Source: Alphaproteobacteria bacterium (GTDB lineage Bacteria > Pseudomonadota > Alphaproteobacteria > JABAAW01). From it: a stretch of 64,000 nucleotides of DNA. Shown here piece after piece: positions 43,523-53,596 of the stretch. A program made the translations under genes and the position numbers. Every line of letters begins with the position of its first letter. The stretch's first letter is position 1. The stretch spans positions 239,645 through 303,644 of the forward strand of contig CBDCGG010000002.1 of assembly GCA_965216605.1 (NCBI GenBank). The letters are read 5' to 3'. Below the pieces are notes generated by a model, which was given only the letters and a program-made list of their open reading frames with translations, ran no database searches and was not told the origin of the DNA.

Positions 43523-43594
43523 TGCCGAAGGGGAGATTCGAACTCCCGGCCTACTGATTACGAATCAGTTGCTCTACCCCTGAGCTACTTCGGC
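43523..43594 (-). tRNA. tRNA-Thr (anticodon CGT)
   Basis: Reverse complement GCCGAAGTAGCTCAGGGGTAGAGCAACTGATTCGTAATCAGTAGGCCGGGAGTTCGAATCTCCCCTTCGGCA; anticodon loop TTCGTAA. Confidence 0.8.
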
Positions 43595-43740
43595 TCTTAT
43601 CGAACAAGCACGGACAACATGCTAGCAAACTTTTTCCCCATCTCTCACAGAATATATTGCACACAGACAACTCTGGTGCTTTATACACGAGCCGTTTTGC
43701 ACTATCATGCGCCTTGTCTCCCTTTGTTTTCACAGGCTGC

Positions 43741-44964
43741 ATGCGCGTTCTTGATCGCCATATTTTTTCTTCCCTGACGGCTGTTTTTTTGCTCGCGCTA
43801 GTGAGCCTCTTGCTGCTGTTCTTATCGGTGCTGATTCTGCGCTACAGCAGTCTGATCTCGGAACACCACCAGGTTCTCTCTGCGGTTGTCGCAACCTGCG
43901 TTGCTGGTCTTCCGATGCATGTTAGTTTTTTTATTCCCCCCGCCTCAGGGATCGCGACATTCTTATGCATGCGCAACTGGCAGCGCGAGGGCGCATGGCT
44001 AGGTAGCGTATCTGCCGGCTACGATATTCGCCGATGGCGTATTCCCTTCCTGCTGTTCGCTCTTTTTTGCTCGGTGATGGGTTGGGTGTTCACGCTTTGG
44101 ATCGGTCCCTACGGAGCGAGAGTTTATTTCGCTCGCGTAGACAATCTCTACGCAGATCGCTTCTTCCTCTCGACAGAGCCGAAACGTTTTGTCGATCTGA
44201 CCCACGGGGTGAGGCTGTGGGTAGAATCGAAACCTTCACAAGACGAGCTGCGCAACCTAGTGCTGACGATCAAAAAGAAAGAACACCACACCCTCTTGGC
44301 AGCGCAATCAGGACGGCTGTTGCGAAGCGAGAACGGAATGATGCTAGAAGCGCACAACGGCACTGTGTCAGTTTTTGAGAAAAACGTTTCTCAAACGATC
44401 CACTTCAAAAGGTTTCGCTACGGCTTGGAGAACCTTCTCAACTCACCGCTAAACTGGCAGACGCGCTGGAAAGAGTGGACACGCCTTGAAATTCCAACCC
44501 CCTTGCTCGTAAAACGAATAGCACTCGCTCAACAGGCGCATGCCGACAACAGCGCAACGCAAGACAACGAGAGAGAATACAGCGAGATACAAGATGGCGA
44601 GAGAGAATACAGGGCAAGACAAGACAAGGCAAGGCAGGACAAGGCAAGGCAAGGCAACAAGACGCTGGTTAAAGGAGAGCGAGCAAGACGCGAATTTGTG
44701 TTGCGCCTCGCCTATCCGTTGCTTTCTACTGTGTATGTATTGGCGATCTTTGCCCTCGCTGCTCCGACGAGGGCGCGCGGAGAGAATCGCTGGAGCGGAC
44801 TTGCCGCCTTCTCGTTTTTGCTGGTCTATAGCACGGCTCATATCTACGCGATCACGCTTTCAGAACGAGGAATCTGGGCGACGGGTGCCGTGTTCGCTCT
44901 CAGCGCTGCGGTTTGTTCGGGCGCCTACGCGCTGACCGAGCGCAAAGCCGATGTGCAAGCATGA
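43741..44964 (+). CDS. lptF: LPS export ABC permease LptF (YjgP/YjgQ family)
   Basis: MRVLDRHIFSSLTAVFLLALVSLLLLF... N-terminus typical of the LptF/LptG family. Contains an (QDKAR/EREY) repeat insertion. Followed by lptG and lptD. Confidence 0.75.
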   Translation: MRVLDRHIFSSLTAVFLLALVSLLLLFLSVLILRYSSLISEHHQVLSAVVATCVAGLPMHVSFFIPPASGIATFLCMRNWQREGAWLGSVSAGYDIRRWRIPFLLFALFCSVMGWVFTLWIGPYGARVYFARVDNLYADRFFLSTEPKRFVDLTHGVRLWVESKPSQDELRNLVLTIKKKEHHTLLAAQSGRLLRSENGMMLEAHNGTVSVFEKNVSQTIHFKRFRYGLENLLNSPLNWQTRWKEWTRLEIPTPLLVKRIALAQQAHADNSATQDNEREYSEIQDGEREYRARQDKARQDKARQGNKTLVKGERARREFVLRLAYPLLSTVYVLAIFALAAPTRARGENRWSGLAAFSFLLVYSTAHIYAITLSERGIWATGAVFALSAAVCSGAYALTERKADVQA

Positions 44965-46025
44965 GCCTTTTGGGAAGATTCCTTTTGAAGCACCTCGTGC
45001 TGCACTTGGGCGGCGTGTGGGCAGTGCTAACGCTGAGTATCTTCGTCTTGGGGGTCGTCGAGTTCTCGATGAACCGACTCATCGACGCCGTCGGACGAGG
45101 AACAAGCTCTGTCTTCGTAGAGATCCTGCGCGACCGCATCGACCATCTGCCCGAATACGCCTCCGAAACGATGGCTTACGCCGTCTTGGCAGGTTTCCTC
45201 TTGGGTTTTTGGACGCTATGGCGACGCAGAGAATTCCTGCAATACCAACTGCTCGGAGCCCGAGGCATCCTGTGGCGGTGCGCAGCCCTTGCTGGATTGC
45301 TCTTCGGAACGCTGCACATGACGCTCGTTGAGGACTGGAAATACCGACAGGACACAAGCACCAACATAGTCGTTCGCCACAATCTGAAGATCATACGCGA
45401 CGCGCAACAAGGAGAGAAAATCATGCTGTTTGCCGATCGTTATCGTCCGCACAACGGCACGTTGGAAAACGCGCATGTCATCAAAGTAGACAAAACATTT
45501 CAAGTGCAAAGCGTCTTCTTAGCGCAAAAAGGATACATCAAACCCACCGCCTGGGTGCTCCGCAAGGGAGCGCGCTTGGACGCCACGGGAGAAAAAACTT
45601 CCTTCCGCAAAAAGCAATTCTCCATCGACACCGATTTGGCAGCTCTCGCGCACGCGTTGCAACCCAACCCGCAAGCCTTGTCGCTCTGGAAGCTGCCGCA
45701 AGCCTTCCACGCCGCACGAGCGAATGCGCGCAACGCCAAGCCCTTCGTCGACCGCGCGCTGTTCCTACTGAGCCTGCCGCTCTTCTACGCTAGTTTCGGC
45801 GTGCTCGCCTACGCCCTGTGTCTCACGCTACCGCATCGCACTACGGGAGCGCGCATGGCATTGTTAATCGTGCTATTGCCTAGCAGCATCGAGTTCCTGC
45901 GACATATTGCCTGGTCGCGCGTCTATGCCGACAGCCTGCATGTAAGCGTTCCCGCTCTCGGCATTCCGATCGCCTTCGCTTGCGCGGCAGCTTTCCTTGT
46001 GCGCAACGAACGCCTGTTCTCGTAA
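44961..46025 (+). CDS. lptG: LPS export ABC permease LptG
   Basis: MSLLGRFLLKHLVLHLGGVWAVLTLSIFVLGVVEF... YjgP/YjgQ family; 4-nt overlap with lptF. Confidence 0.75.
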   Translation: MSLLGRFLLKHLVLHLGGVWAVLTLSIFVLGVVEFSMNRLIDAVGRGTSSVFVEILRDRIDHLPEYASETMAYAVLAGFLLGFWTLWRRREFLQYQLLGARGILWRCAALAGLLFGTLHMTLVEDWKYRQDTSTNIVVRHNLKIIRDAQQGEKIMLFADRYRPHNGTLENAHVIKVDKTFQVQSVFLAQKGYIKPTAWVLRKGARLDATGEKTSFRKKQFSIDTDLAALAHALQPNPQALSLWKLPQAFHAARANARNAKPFVDRALFLLSLPLFYASFGVLAYALCLTLPHRTTGARMALLIVLLPSSIEFLRHIAWSRVYADSLHVSVPALGIPIAFACAAAFLVRNERLFS

Positions 46026-46034
46026 AAAATTGCC

Positions 46035-48461
46035 ATGCAACAGCCACGAACCCTACGCGCGCCAACCCTTCGCAACACACATCTCGTCGCGCTCGTCCTC
46101 TGCGCCGCGCTGACAGCCACGAAATGCTCGAAGCCCGCACAAGCTCAGCAGCAAGACGAAGAAAGCGACGATCGCCTGTGGGCAGACGAAATCCTCTACG
46201 AAAGCACGCCGAGATATTTCCGCGCACAAGGAGACGTGCGACTGCGCATACACAGCGACGATGGGCGAACTCTTATTATAACAGACCGACTAGATTACGA
46301 CTGGACAACAGGAACCGTTCGCGCGCAAGGAGGAACCTTCGGCAAAGGACGCAACAGCAGGACGCAAGGTGCATTGCGCCTCGCCGCTGGCGATGTAATC
46401 TTTTTTCAACGCTTGGAAACAGACGACAACCTGCAACCCCTGAAAGGCGAGGGGTTGGGATGGCGCGAAGCAGAAAAGCACGGCGGACTCAGTGCCGCAA
46501 CCTTTCACCGAAGCAAGCGCAAAAAAGACACGAAGCAAGGTGCGAGCAGACACAAGCAAGACGACTGGATCTTTCGTGACGTACGCTACACCCGTTGTCC
46601 TATTTGCGCGGATGCGTTGGCAAAACAAGCTGAAAAGGGCGATGGCAAAAAGGCAACGACAGAAACGCAACGAACTTTACCTCCGCTGTGGAGAATAGAT
46701 GCCACGCGCATGCGTTGGGAGCGTTTCGAGAGCAAGACGCAAGGATGGTTTGCCGATGTGCCGCGCATTCACCTGCGTCATCCGCGCTTGAACCTCTACG
46801 GCGTACCTGTCTTCTACACGCCCTATTTGTCCTTTCCGCGCGATGGCGTGCGTGCGTCCGGGTTGCTGTCGCCACGCTACGGGCAGAACAGCCAACGAGG
46901 ATGGTATACAGCCTTACCGCTCTACTGGGCACCGCACCGCAGCTGGGATATGACCTATGTTCCTATCTTCACGACAGACGACAAGGACGCCAGTCGTTTT
47001 GAGACTCGCGCCGCTTGGAGCGTCGGAGGAGAAGATAGGGCAAGAGGCGAGCGCAAAAAATCTACCGAGCAAAGCAAGAATGCAAAAAAACAAGCAGCAC
47101 ACCTGTTCGACATAACGGCAGCGTGGAGCTTGCCGCACAAAACTATCGGGAGGGGCTTGGACGCACAATTCTTTGCATACGGCAAGGCGAGCTGGCAAGC
47201 GCCTTGGGGATTGCGCGCCGATGGCGTCTATCACGGATTGGGAGATCGACGCTATCTCCATAACTACGGGCAAGGCGTGAGTCTCTTTTCGACGAGCGCA
47301 CCAGAAAAACTGATCGACCACGCGCGCGTCGAACATTTTTCCAGAAACGGATACGCACGCCTGACGCTGGCAGAACAGCACGAACTGCTGGCAGAACCGC
47401 TTGCTGACGCAAGGTTGCTACCGGAGCTTGTCTACAACAACGGCGGCGTTTTCGCACGTTCGCTACGAGGCGGCGGCTCGTGGAATGTCGAGGGCTTGTG
47501 GAGAAGGGCAGAGCAGGACGCGCAACAAGCCATAGGTACAAATGCAGACACAAAAATTGAAGCGCAAAAACCCTTGCAACAAGAAACGCTGAGCGCGGCA
47601 GTCTCGCTTGGTTGGCGGCAGAACCTGCCCTTGAGTTTCGTCAGTCAATCGACGCTCAAACTTGCAACAACATACCGCCACGATACGCAAGAAGGAGATG
47701 TCGTCGTTCCCTTGCCCGAATTTCAGCAGAGCCTCGAAGGACTTTTTGCCCAAAGCTTCCGAAAGGGCAAACGCACCCTGTACTTGCGTCCTTTGCTCGA
47801 GCTTTACGCGACGCTCGACGAGAACGACAACACGAAATTTAACGCGAAATTTAGAGGCAAGTTTGGCGACAAAGCAACCTTCTACGAAACGGGAGCAAGG
47901 CTGGGCGATCGTTTGGCTTTCGACAGCGCACTCGAAAGCGGACAGAGGTTGCTCGTCGCGGCAGAACTCGGGGTCAGGGGGACGCAAGAAAGCTCAGTGG
48001 CTCTGTTCGTCGCACCCACGCTCTTGCGACAGAAGTTTGAACCTCTGGCTGGGCGGCTATGGACAGGTGCACGCGCCAGCTGGAAAAATCGACTCTTGTT
48101 TGCTTACGATTCGACTTGGCTGCTGCCGCAAACGCGCCAGATCAGCCAGCGCGTAGAAGCAGGAACGAAGGGAGAGGCTTTTGCCTTGTCGCTCGCTTAC
48201 AAAGAATTTCGCAACCCCGACGACCCCCCTTCGCTCTACGAGCAAGACATCACCGTCAAGGGCAACCTGCGCCTGAAACAGCGATGGAACTTGGATATGT
48301 CCGCAGGATACGGTTTCTTAGGACACAACGTACCGATAGGCTTTTCCTTGACCTATGGGGGTAGCTGTGTCACTCTAAAATTCTCCTATGATCGCACTAT
48401 CTACAGCGACGGCGAAGACAACGAAAGCTTCAACGCTTCTCTACGCTTCGAGTTCTCCTGA
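46035..48461 (+). CDS. lptD: LPS-assembly protein LptD (OstA)
   Basis: 808 aa, signal peptide, N-terminal OstA-like domain, large beta-barrel; conserved position upstream of surA-pdxA-rsmA. Confidence 0.85.
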   Translation: MQQPRTLRAPTLRNTHLVALVLCAALTATKCSKPAQAQQQDEESDDRLWADEILYESTPRYFRAQGDVRLRIHSDDGRTLIITDRLDYDWTTGTVRAQGGTFGKGRNSRTQGALRLAAGDVIFFQRLETDDNLQPLKGEGLGWREAEKHGGLSAATFHRSKRKKDTKQGASRHKQDDWIFRDVRYTRCPICADALAKQAEKGDGKKATTETQRTLPPLWRIDATRMRWERFESKTQGWFADVPRIHLRHPRLNLYGVPVFYTPYLSFPRDGVRASGLLSPRYGQNSQRGWYTALPLYWAPHRSWDMTYVPIFTTDDKDASRFETRAAWSVGGEDRARGERKKSTEQSKNAKKQAAHLFDITAAWSLPHKTIGRGLDAQFFAYGKASWQAPWGLRADGVYHGLGDRRYLHNYGQGVSLFSTSAPEKLIDHARVEHFSRNGYARLTLAEQHELLAEPLADARLLPELVYNNGGVFARSLRGGGSWNVEGLWRRAEQDAQQAIGTNADTKIEAQKPLQQETLSAAVSLGWRQNLPLSFVSQSTLKLATTYRHDTQEGDVVVPLPEFQQSLEGLFAQSFRKGKRTLYLRPLLELYATLDENDNTKFNAKFRGKFGDKATFYETGARLGDRLAFDSALESGQRLLVAAELGVRGTQESSVALFVAPTLLRQKFEPLAGRLWTGARASWKNRLLFAYDSTWLLPQTRQISQRVEAGTKGEAFALSLAYKEFRNPDDPPSLYEQDITVKGNLRLKQRWNLDMSAGYGFLGHNVPIGFSLTYGGSCVTLKFSYDRTIYSDGEDNESFNASLRFEFS

Positions 48462-48513
48462 GCTTTCTCTTAAGCGAGCTGGCAAAGGCCTGCTTGCAAG
48501 AATCTATCGACGA

Positions 48514-49758
48514 GTGAGAATTCTTTTGTTGCCCAATTCGTTTTTCTGTGTGTTTTTCCTATTGTTTTTCGGGCTGCAAGCCTGCTTAGGAAGCACGAAA
48601 GCTATGGCGGCGGAGATCGTAGCGCGTATCGACGGCGCGATCATCACCGAACGCGATGTCTCAAAGCGTAGCGCCGTGTGGCGAAAAAGGCTTGAGCAGC
48701 TGCTACCAGGCTTGCGTATCGAGAGAAAAGACCTCCAAGCCCTTGCGCTCGACCTGTTGTTACAAGAGGCATTGCAGCAACGACATTTGATCACAGAGCG
48801 CGCCCTCCCCGTAACAGAGGCGGCGGTGAAGAAGAGGTTGTCGCTTTTAAAAACAAAATTTAACGGCAAAACAGAACAGCTATTTTGGGAAGCGTTTGCG
48901 CGACAAGAACTCACTTGGGAGGGCTATGTCGGGCGCGTAGCAGAGTTCAACTCTCCCGTCTCCCCCGAAGACACGCTCGACGAGCGCGCTCGTTTGCGCG
49001 TCAGTGCTGCCGAGCCGCGCTATCGTCTGGAAGAGATATTTCTGCCGCGCTTGGAAGCAGAAGAAAAAACACGCAAGGTCGCCGACGCGCTTTATCGCTC
49101 TTTGCGAAGAGGAGGCTCTTTCGCGCGCGTCGCCAACGTCTTACCCGCCCCTTATGCGCGCGAAGGGCTGGCAAGGCGGGTGCTGTACAGAAGTCATTTG
49201 CCGCCCGCCGTGCTCGACGCCCTTGAGCGAGGTAAGGTCGGGGCAAGAGGAATCGTTCCGCCGATAACCTCACCGTACGGCGTGCATCTCTACCGCATCA
49301 CAAGACAAGGCTCTAACAAAACGATCACGCGCTACAGCTTTGTGCAAACCTTCTTTTTGCAAAGCGGGTTCGGAGCAAGGCAAGCTAACATTCTCGCCAA
49401 TCCCGAATTCTGCAACGCGCCGCAAGAAGCCTCGTTGTCTTTACAAGCCTACGACTTGCAAACCTTCGACGACATTCCCGAAGCTGACCTCAACGCCGAT
49501 TTAAAGCAGAGCCTGTCTGCAATGTCGATCCTTGAGACGGCGGGACCTTTTCCCTTCACGCAAGGCTTGCTCGTGCTGATAACCCTGTGCGACAAGCAGA
49601 AAGCCGTCGAGCGCGGCGATTCGTTCGCAGAACTGACGAGCGAGCTACGGCGGAGACGCGCACGAGCCCTTTCGTTACGGCTTGTTGAAAGCCTGCGCAA
49701 GCAAGCCAGCATCGACAAGCAGGGGGACGAAGCCTTGTCTGCCTTGCCTGCCCGATAA
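48514..49758 (+). CDS. surA: periplasmic chaperone / peptidyl-prolyl isomerase SurA
   Basis: Signal-peptide-like VRILLLPNSFFCVFFLLFFGLQA (GTG start inferred to avoid overlap with lptD). SurA N-terminal domain and one parvulin-like domain (GGSFARVANVLPAPYAREG...ITSPYGVHLYRI). Confidence 0.7.
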   Translation: MRILLLPNSFFCVFFLLFFGLQACLGSTKAMAAEIVARIDGAIITERDVSKRSAVWRKRLEQLLPGLRIERKDLQALALDLLLQEALQQRHLITERALPVTEAAVKKRLSLLKTKFNGKTEQLFWEAFARQELTWEGYVGRVAEFNSPVSPEDTLDERARLRVSAAEPRYRLEEIFLPRLEAEEKTRKVADALYRSLRRGGSFARVANVLPAPYAREGLARRVLYRSHLPPAVLDALERGKVGARGIVPPITSPYGVHLYRITRQGSNKTITRYSFVQTFFLQSGFGARQANILANPEFCNAPQEASLSLQAYDLQTFDDIPEADLNADLKQSLSAMSILETAGPFPFTQGLLVLITLCDKQKAVERGDSFAELTSELRRRRARALSLRLVESLRKQASIDKQGDEALSALPAR

Positions 49759-49781
49759 CGCCTGACAAAGAGGGCACTACC

Positions 49782-50858
49782 ATGCCTCAACCTCCGTTGG
49801 TCGTCACCGCGGGCAGCCGAGAGAGCATCGGTGCGGAAATTCTTGCCAAGGCATGGAAGATTTGGGCGCAGCGGCATCAAGACAAGCAAGGCACGAATCA
49901 AGACAAGCGCGGAGAAGAATCGCCGTGCTTCCTTTCGCTCGGCGGCTGCAAGAAAGACTTCGAGGCTTTCGCTGTGCCTTGTAGTAACATCTCGACTATC
50001 GAGGAGACGAGTGCCATCTTTCCGCTCGCCTTACCCCTGTTGGACGAGGGGCTGGAGGCACGCGATTCGATCGATGCAGCCCTAAAGTTATGCACTGAGG
50101 GCAAGGCTTGTGGAATCGTCACGCTTCCTGTCGAAAAGAAAGTGTTTGCCGATAATCCTCTCCAACGAAACTCGACGACAGCAGATAAAAAAAAATTGTC
50201 TGGCGACCCTGTCCTTTGGGGACATACGGAATATATCGCCGCCTCGCTAGGGATCGAGGAGTACGGCATGCTGCTCGCTTGGCACGGGCTGCGCACGCTA
50301 CCGATCTCACGCCATGTGGCACTGCGCGACGCGGTGGCGATGTTAGACGAGGCAGGCATCGTCGCGGCGGCGCGGCTTGCTCACAAAGCCTTGAGGCAGG
50401 ATTTCGCCATCAAAAAGCCTCGTATAGCGATTGCGGGCTTGAACCCTCACGCGGGAGAGGGAGGGCTGTGCGGGCATGAGGAACAAACAATTCTACAGCC
50501 CGCCATCGATCGTTTGTGCGAGGAAGGAATCGTAGCGACAGGACCACATCCGCCGGACAGTCTTTTTCTTCCCCCAATGCGCAAAACTTTCGATTGCGCC
50601 TTGACGCTCTATCACGACCAGGGATTAATTCCTTTGAAGCTTTTGTCCAACCAACTAGCGGTCAACATCACGCTGGGCTTACCTATCGTGCGCTGCTCGC
50701 CCGACCATGGCACGGCGCGCGACCTTGTAGGGCGAGGTGTCGCCGATGCGGGTAGCCTTGTCGCCGCCTTGGAGACGGCGTGGCAGATGGCGAAACAGAG
50801 GCAGAAGCAGGGAGGAGATAAAAAGGGGCAAACTGGCAATCACAAGCATGCAGCGTGA
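49782..50858 (+). CDS. pdxA: 4-hydroxythreonine-4-phosphate dehydrogenase (PdxA)
   Basis: PLVVTAGSRESIGAEI, HTEYIA, GLNPHAGEGG, LYHDQGLIPLK signatures. Confidence 0.9.
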   Translation: MPQPPLVVTAGSRESIGAEILAKAWKIWAQRHQDKQGTNQDKRGEESPCFLSLGGCKKDFEAFAVPCSNISTIEETSAIFPLALPLLDEGLEARDSIDAALKLCTEGKACGIVTLPVEKKVFADNPLQRNSTTADKKKLSGDPVLWGHTEYIAASLGIEEYGMLLAWHGLRTLPISRHVALRDAVAMLDEAGIVAAARLAHKALRQDFAIKKPRIAIAGLNPHAGEGGLCGHEEQTILQPAIDRLCEEGIVATGPHPPDSLFLPPMRKTFDCALTLYHDQGLIPLKLLSNQLAVNITLGLPIVRCSPDHGTARDLVGRGVADAGSLVAALETAWQMAKQRQKQGGDKKGQTGNHKHAA

Positions 50859-51792
50859 GGCAAAAAACTTGGCAAAACTAAGCTTAAGACTAGACGGAGA
50901 ACTAGACGAGAACGAGGACATTGTTGCTCGGTTGCGCGAGGCGGGTTTGTTGCGCACGAGTGCTTTGCAAAAAAGTCGCGGGCAGAACTTTTTGAGGGAT
51001 ACGAATTGCGCGCGGCGGATTGCTAGGTGTTGTGATGTTGGGGGGGGGCTGGCTACCTCGACGATTGTGGAGATTGGCGCGGGTGCAGGGGCTTTGACGC
51101 GCGCCTTGTTTCACGAGGGAGCGCGGCGCGTTGTTGCTATCGAGTCGGATGTGCGACTAGCAAATTTCTTAAGGCGGACGAGCGAGGGATTGGGCGAGGA
51201 AAAAACCTTGCAGGTCATCGAGGCGGATGCGAGGACTTTGGATTACGCTGAGCTTATCGATAGGGAGCTTACTGAAGAAGATACGATCATTGTTGGCAAC
51301 TTGCCTTACAGCGTTGGGACGGTGATTTTGCGAAAAATTTTGGAGGATGGAGCGAGGTATAGGACGATGGTATTGATGTTTCAGCGCGAGGTTGCGGAGC
51401 GTATTGTGGCGGATGTTAGTTCTTCTGCGTATGGGAGATTATCGGTTATGGTGGGGTTGCGATGTTGTGTCGAGCGATGTTTTGATGTTGAGCCGAGTGT
51501 TTTTGTTCCTGTTCCGAGGGTTGTTTCTTGTGTGTTGCGTTTTTCTGCTCGCGGGGCAGATGAGGAATTAGGCGATATTGTTACGGACGAGGAGTATGGG
51601 GTTGTGGGGGAGATGACGGGGTTATTATTTTCGTATCGTCGGAAGCGGATGTCGACGATTTTGCGGATGGCGGGGCGGGAGAATTGGGGAGGGATTGGGG
51701 AGGGGATTGGCATCGATTGTTCTAGACGCGCGGGGGAGATGGGGATTGGGGAGTGGTTGCGCTGGGCGAGAGCTGTGATGGAGACGCGGTGA
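50848..51792 (+). CDS. rsmA: 16S rRNA (adenine1518/1519-N6)-dimethyltransferase RsmA/KsgA
   Basis: GQNFLRD..., SAM motif IVEIGAGAGALTRAL, NLPYSVGT. The start ATG overlaps the pdxA stop. Gly-rich C-terminal extension. Confidence 0.85.
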   Translation: MQREAKNLAKLSLRLDGELDENEDIVARLREAGLLRTSALQKSRGQNFLRDTNCARRIARCCDVGGGLATSTIVEIGAGAGALTRALFHEGARRVVAIESDVRLANFLRRTSEGLGEEKTLQVIEADARTLDYAELIDRELTEEDTIIVGNLPYSVGTVILRKILEDGARYRTMVLMFQREVAERIVADVSSSAYGRLSVMVGLRCCVERCFDVEPSVFVPVPRVVSCVLRFSARGADEELGDIVTDEEYGVVGEMTGLLFSYRRKRMSTILRMAGRENWGGIGEGIGIDCSRRAGEMGIGEWLRWARAVMETR

Positions 51793-51862
51793 GGCTGGGC
51801 AGACACGGGCTTTGTTGATTAGGTAACATACGCAAGACGAGCGAGCCGCAAGGCGAAGTGAG

Positions 51863-52066
51863 TTTTGCGGGAAGATAGAGACAAAACAGAATCGCCGTAC
51901 CATGTTACAAGTCAGCTTGCGCGAGGCAAAGCCTCGCGCTTTTGAATAAGAGGCTACGCGCTACGCGCGTAGATAAAGCGCACTGCGTGCGCTCCGCTGA
52001 CGCGGGGTCTTTTGCGGGGGGGCAGAGCCCCCCCACACCCCCACGCGCGCAAGCGCGCGTTCGTTT
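51863..52066 (+). repeat. dispersed hairpin-rich intergenic element, full copy B
   Basis: Aligns to 42612-42823 of copy A. Hairpins differ in sequence but keep pairing (gcgcgaggc-aaa-gcctcgcgc versus gcgcacgac-aag-tcgtgcgc). Confidence 0.8.
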
Positions 52067-52144
52067 TGCATCCGTCAAACAAAAAGCCCATCAAGACAAA
52101 AAGTCCATCGTACATCCCTAGTTCTGCTACAATCCCCCCAGCCC

Positions 52145-53587
52145 ATGACCATCCGCGTACGATTTCCCCCCAGCCCCACAGGAAGCCTGCACCTCGGTGG
52201 CGCACGCACCGCCCTCTACAACTTCCTCTACGCTAAAAAACACAATGGACACTTCCTCATCCGTATCGAAGATACCGACAAAAATAACCCCAACGCCATC
52301 ACCAATACAAAAAGCATCCTCAACGATTTACAATGGCTCGGTATCAAGCCCGATAGCAAATATACCCTCCAATCACAAAACCTTGTCCGCCACAAAGAAG
52401 TAGCCTCCCTCCTCCTGAAAGCAGGTAAAGCCTTTCGATGCTACGACAGCGTCAAACACAACAACAAAAACGCAGCCCACACAGAAGCACGCTCCCGTAG
52501 CGATGTCTTCAGAAGTCCCTGGCGCGATAAATCACTCACCGACGCTCCCAAAGATACCGCCTCCGTCGTTCGCCTCAAAGTACCGCTCGAAGGAACCCTG
52601 ACCATCGACGATAGCGTCAAAGGAAAAATCACCTCCCAAAATACACAAATCGACGACTTCGTCCTGCTCCGCTCCGACGACTCCCCCACCTACATGCTCT
52701 CAGTAGTCGTCGACGACTACGATTCCCAAATCACCCACATCATCCGCGGCGACGACCACCTCACCAATACCTTCCGCCAACAAGCCCTCTACGATGCTTG
52801 CGTCAGCGCAAAAATTTTCTCCAACCAACAAGCCAAACCCCTCTACGCACACATCCCCATGGTGCTGGACGAAGAAGGAAACCGCCTCTCTAAACGCAAA
52901 GGCTCGCGCAGCATCAACGACTTTCAAAACGATGGCGTCCTACCCGAAGCATTGGTGAACTTCCTGCTCCGCCTCGGCTGGGGACACAAAGACATGGAAA
53001 TCTTCTCGCTACAACAAGCCATCGACCTGTTCGACCTCAAAGGCTTGAGTGCTGCGCCCGCACGCATCTCCTACGCACGCCTAGAAAACCTGAACGCACA
53101 CTACCTACGCACGATGCCGCTCAGCGAGTTGCAATCTCGCTTACAACCCTTCCTGCCCGCCGACACCGATGAGAAATCTCGCAAGCGATTCTTCCAAGGG
53201 CTCGAAGGCTTGCGACAACGCGCGACAACCCTACGCAACCTTGTCGCACGCGGCGAGTTTTACTTCCAACCCCCTCGCCTCCCATTGCCCGATGCCAAGG
53301 CGCAAAAAGTTTGGGACGAAGCACGCCTCAACCTTCCTCCCCAAGCTTTGTCACAACTCAGTGAAAATTTGGCAGCAACCCCCGACGCAGACTGGCAAGC
53401 CGATGCCCTCGCACAAACGATGCGCGAGTCAGCACAAAACCTTTCGCTCGGCTTCGGCGACCTCGCCAAACCCCTGCGCGCCGTCTGCACAGGACGCATG
53501 GATTCGCCCGACCTCAGCGAAGTGCTTGCCGTGCTAGGAAAACAACAAACCCTAGAACGACTGCAACAAGCACTCGCGCAACGCTAG
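52145..53587 (+). CDS. gltX: glutamyl-tRNA synthetase (GltX)
   Basis: RFPPSPTGSLHLGGARTALYNFLYAK (HIGH region), KLSKRKGS (KMSKS-like). Coding strand strongly C+A-rich. Confidence 0.9.
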   Translation: MTIRVRFPPSPTGSLHLGGARTALYNFLYAKKHNGHFLIRIEDTDKNNPNAITNTKSILNDLQWLGIKPDSKYTLQSQNLVRHKEVASLLLKAGKAFRCYDSVKHNNKNAAHTEARSRSDVFRSPWRDKSLTDAPKDTASVVRLKVPLEGTLTIDDSVKGKITSQNTQIDDFVLLRSDDSPTYMLSVVVDDYDSQITHIIRGDDHLTNTFRQQALYDACVSAKIFSNQQAKPLYAHIPMVLDEEGNRLSKRKGSRSINDFQNDGVLPEALVNFLLRLGWGHKDMEIFSLQQAIDLFDLKGLSAAPARISYARLENLNAHYLRTMPLSELQSRLQPFLPADTDEKSRKRFFQGLEGLRQRATTLRNLVARGEFYFQPPRLPLPDAKAQKVWDEARLNLPPQALSQLSENLAATPDADWQADALAQTMRESAQNLSLGFGDLAKPLRAVCTGRMDSPDLSEVLAVLGKQQTLERLQQALAQR

Positions 53588-53596
53588 CTCGAAGTG

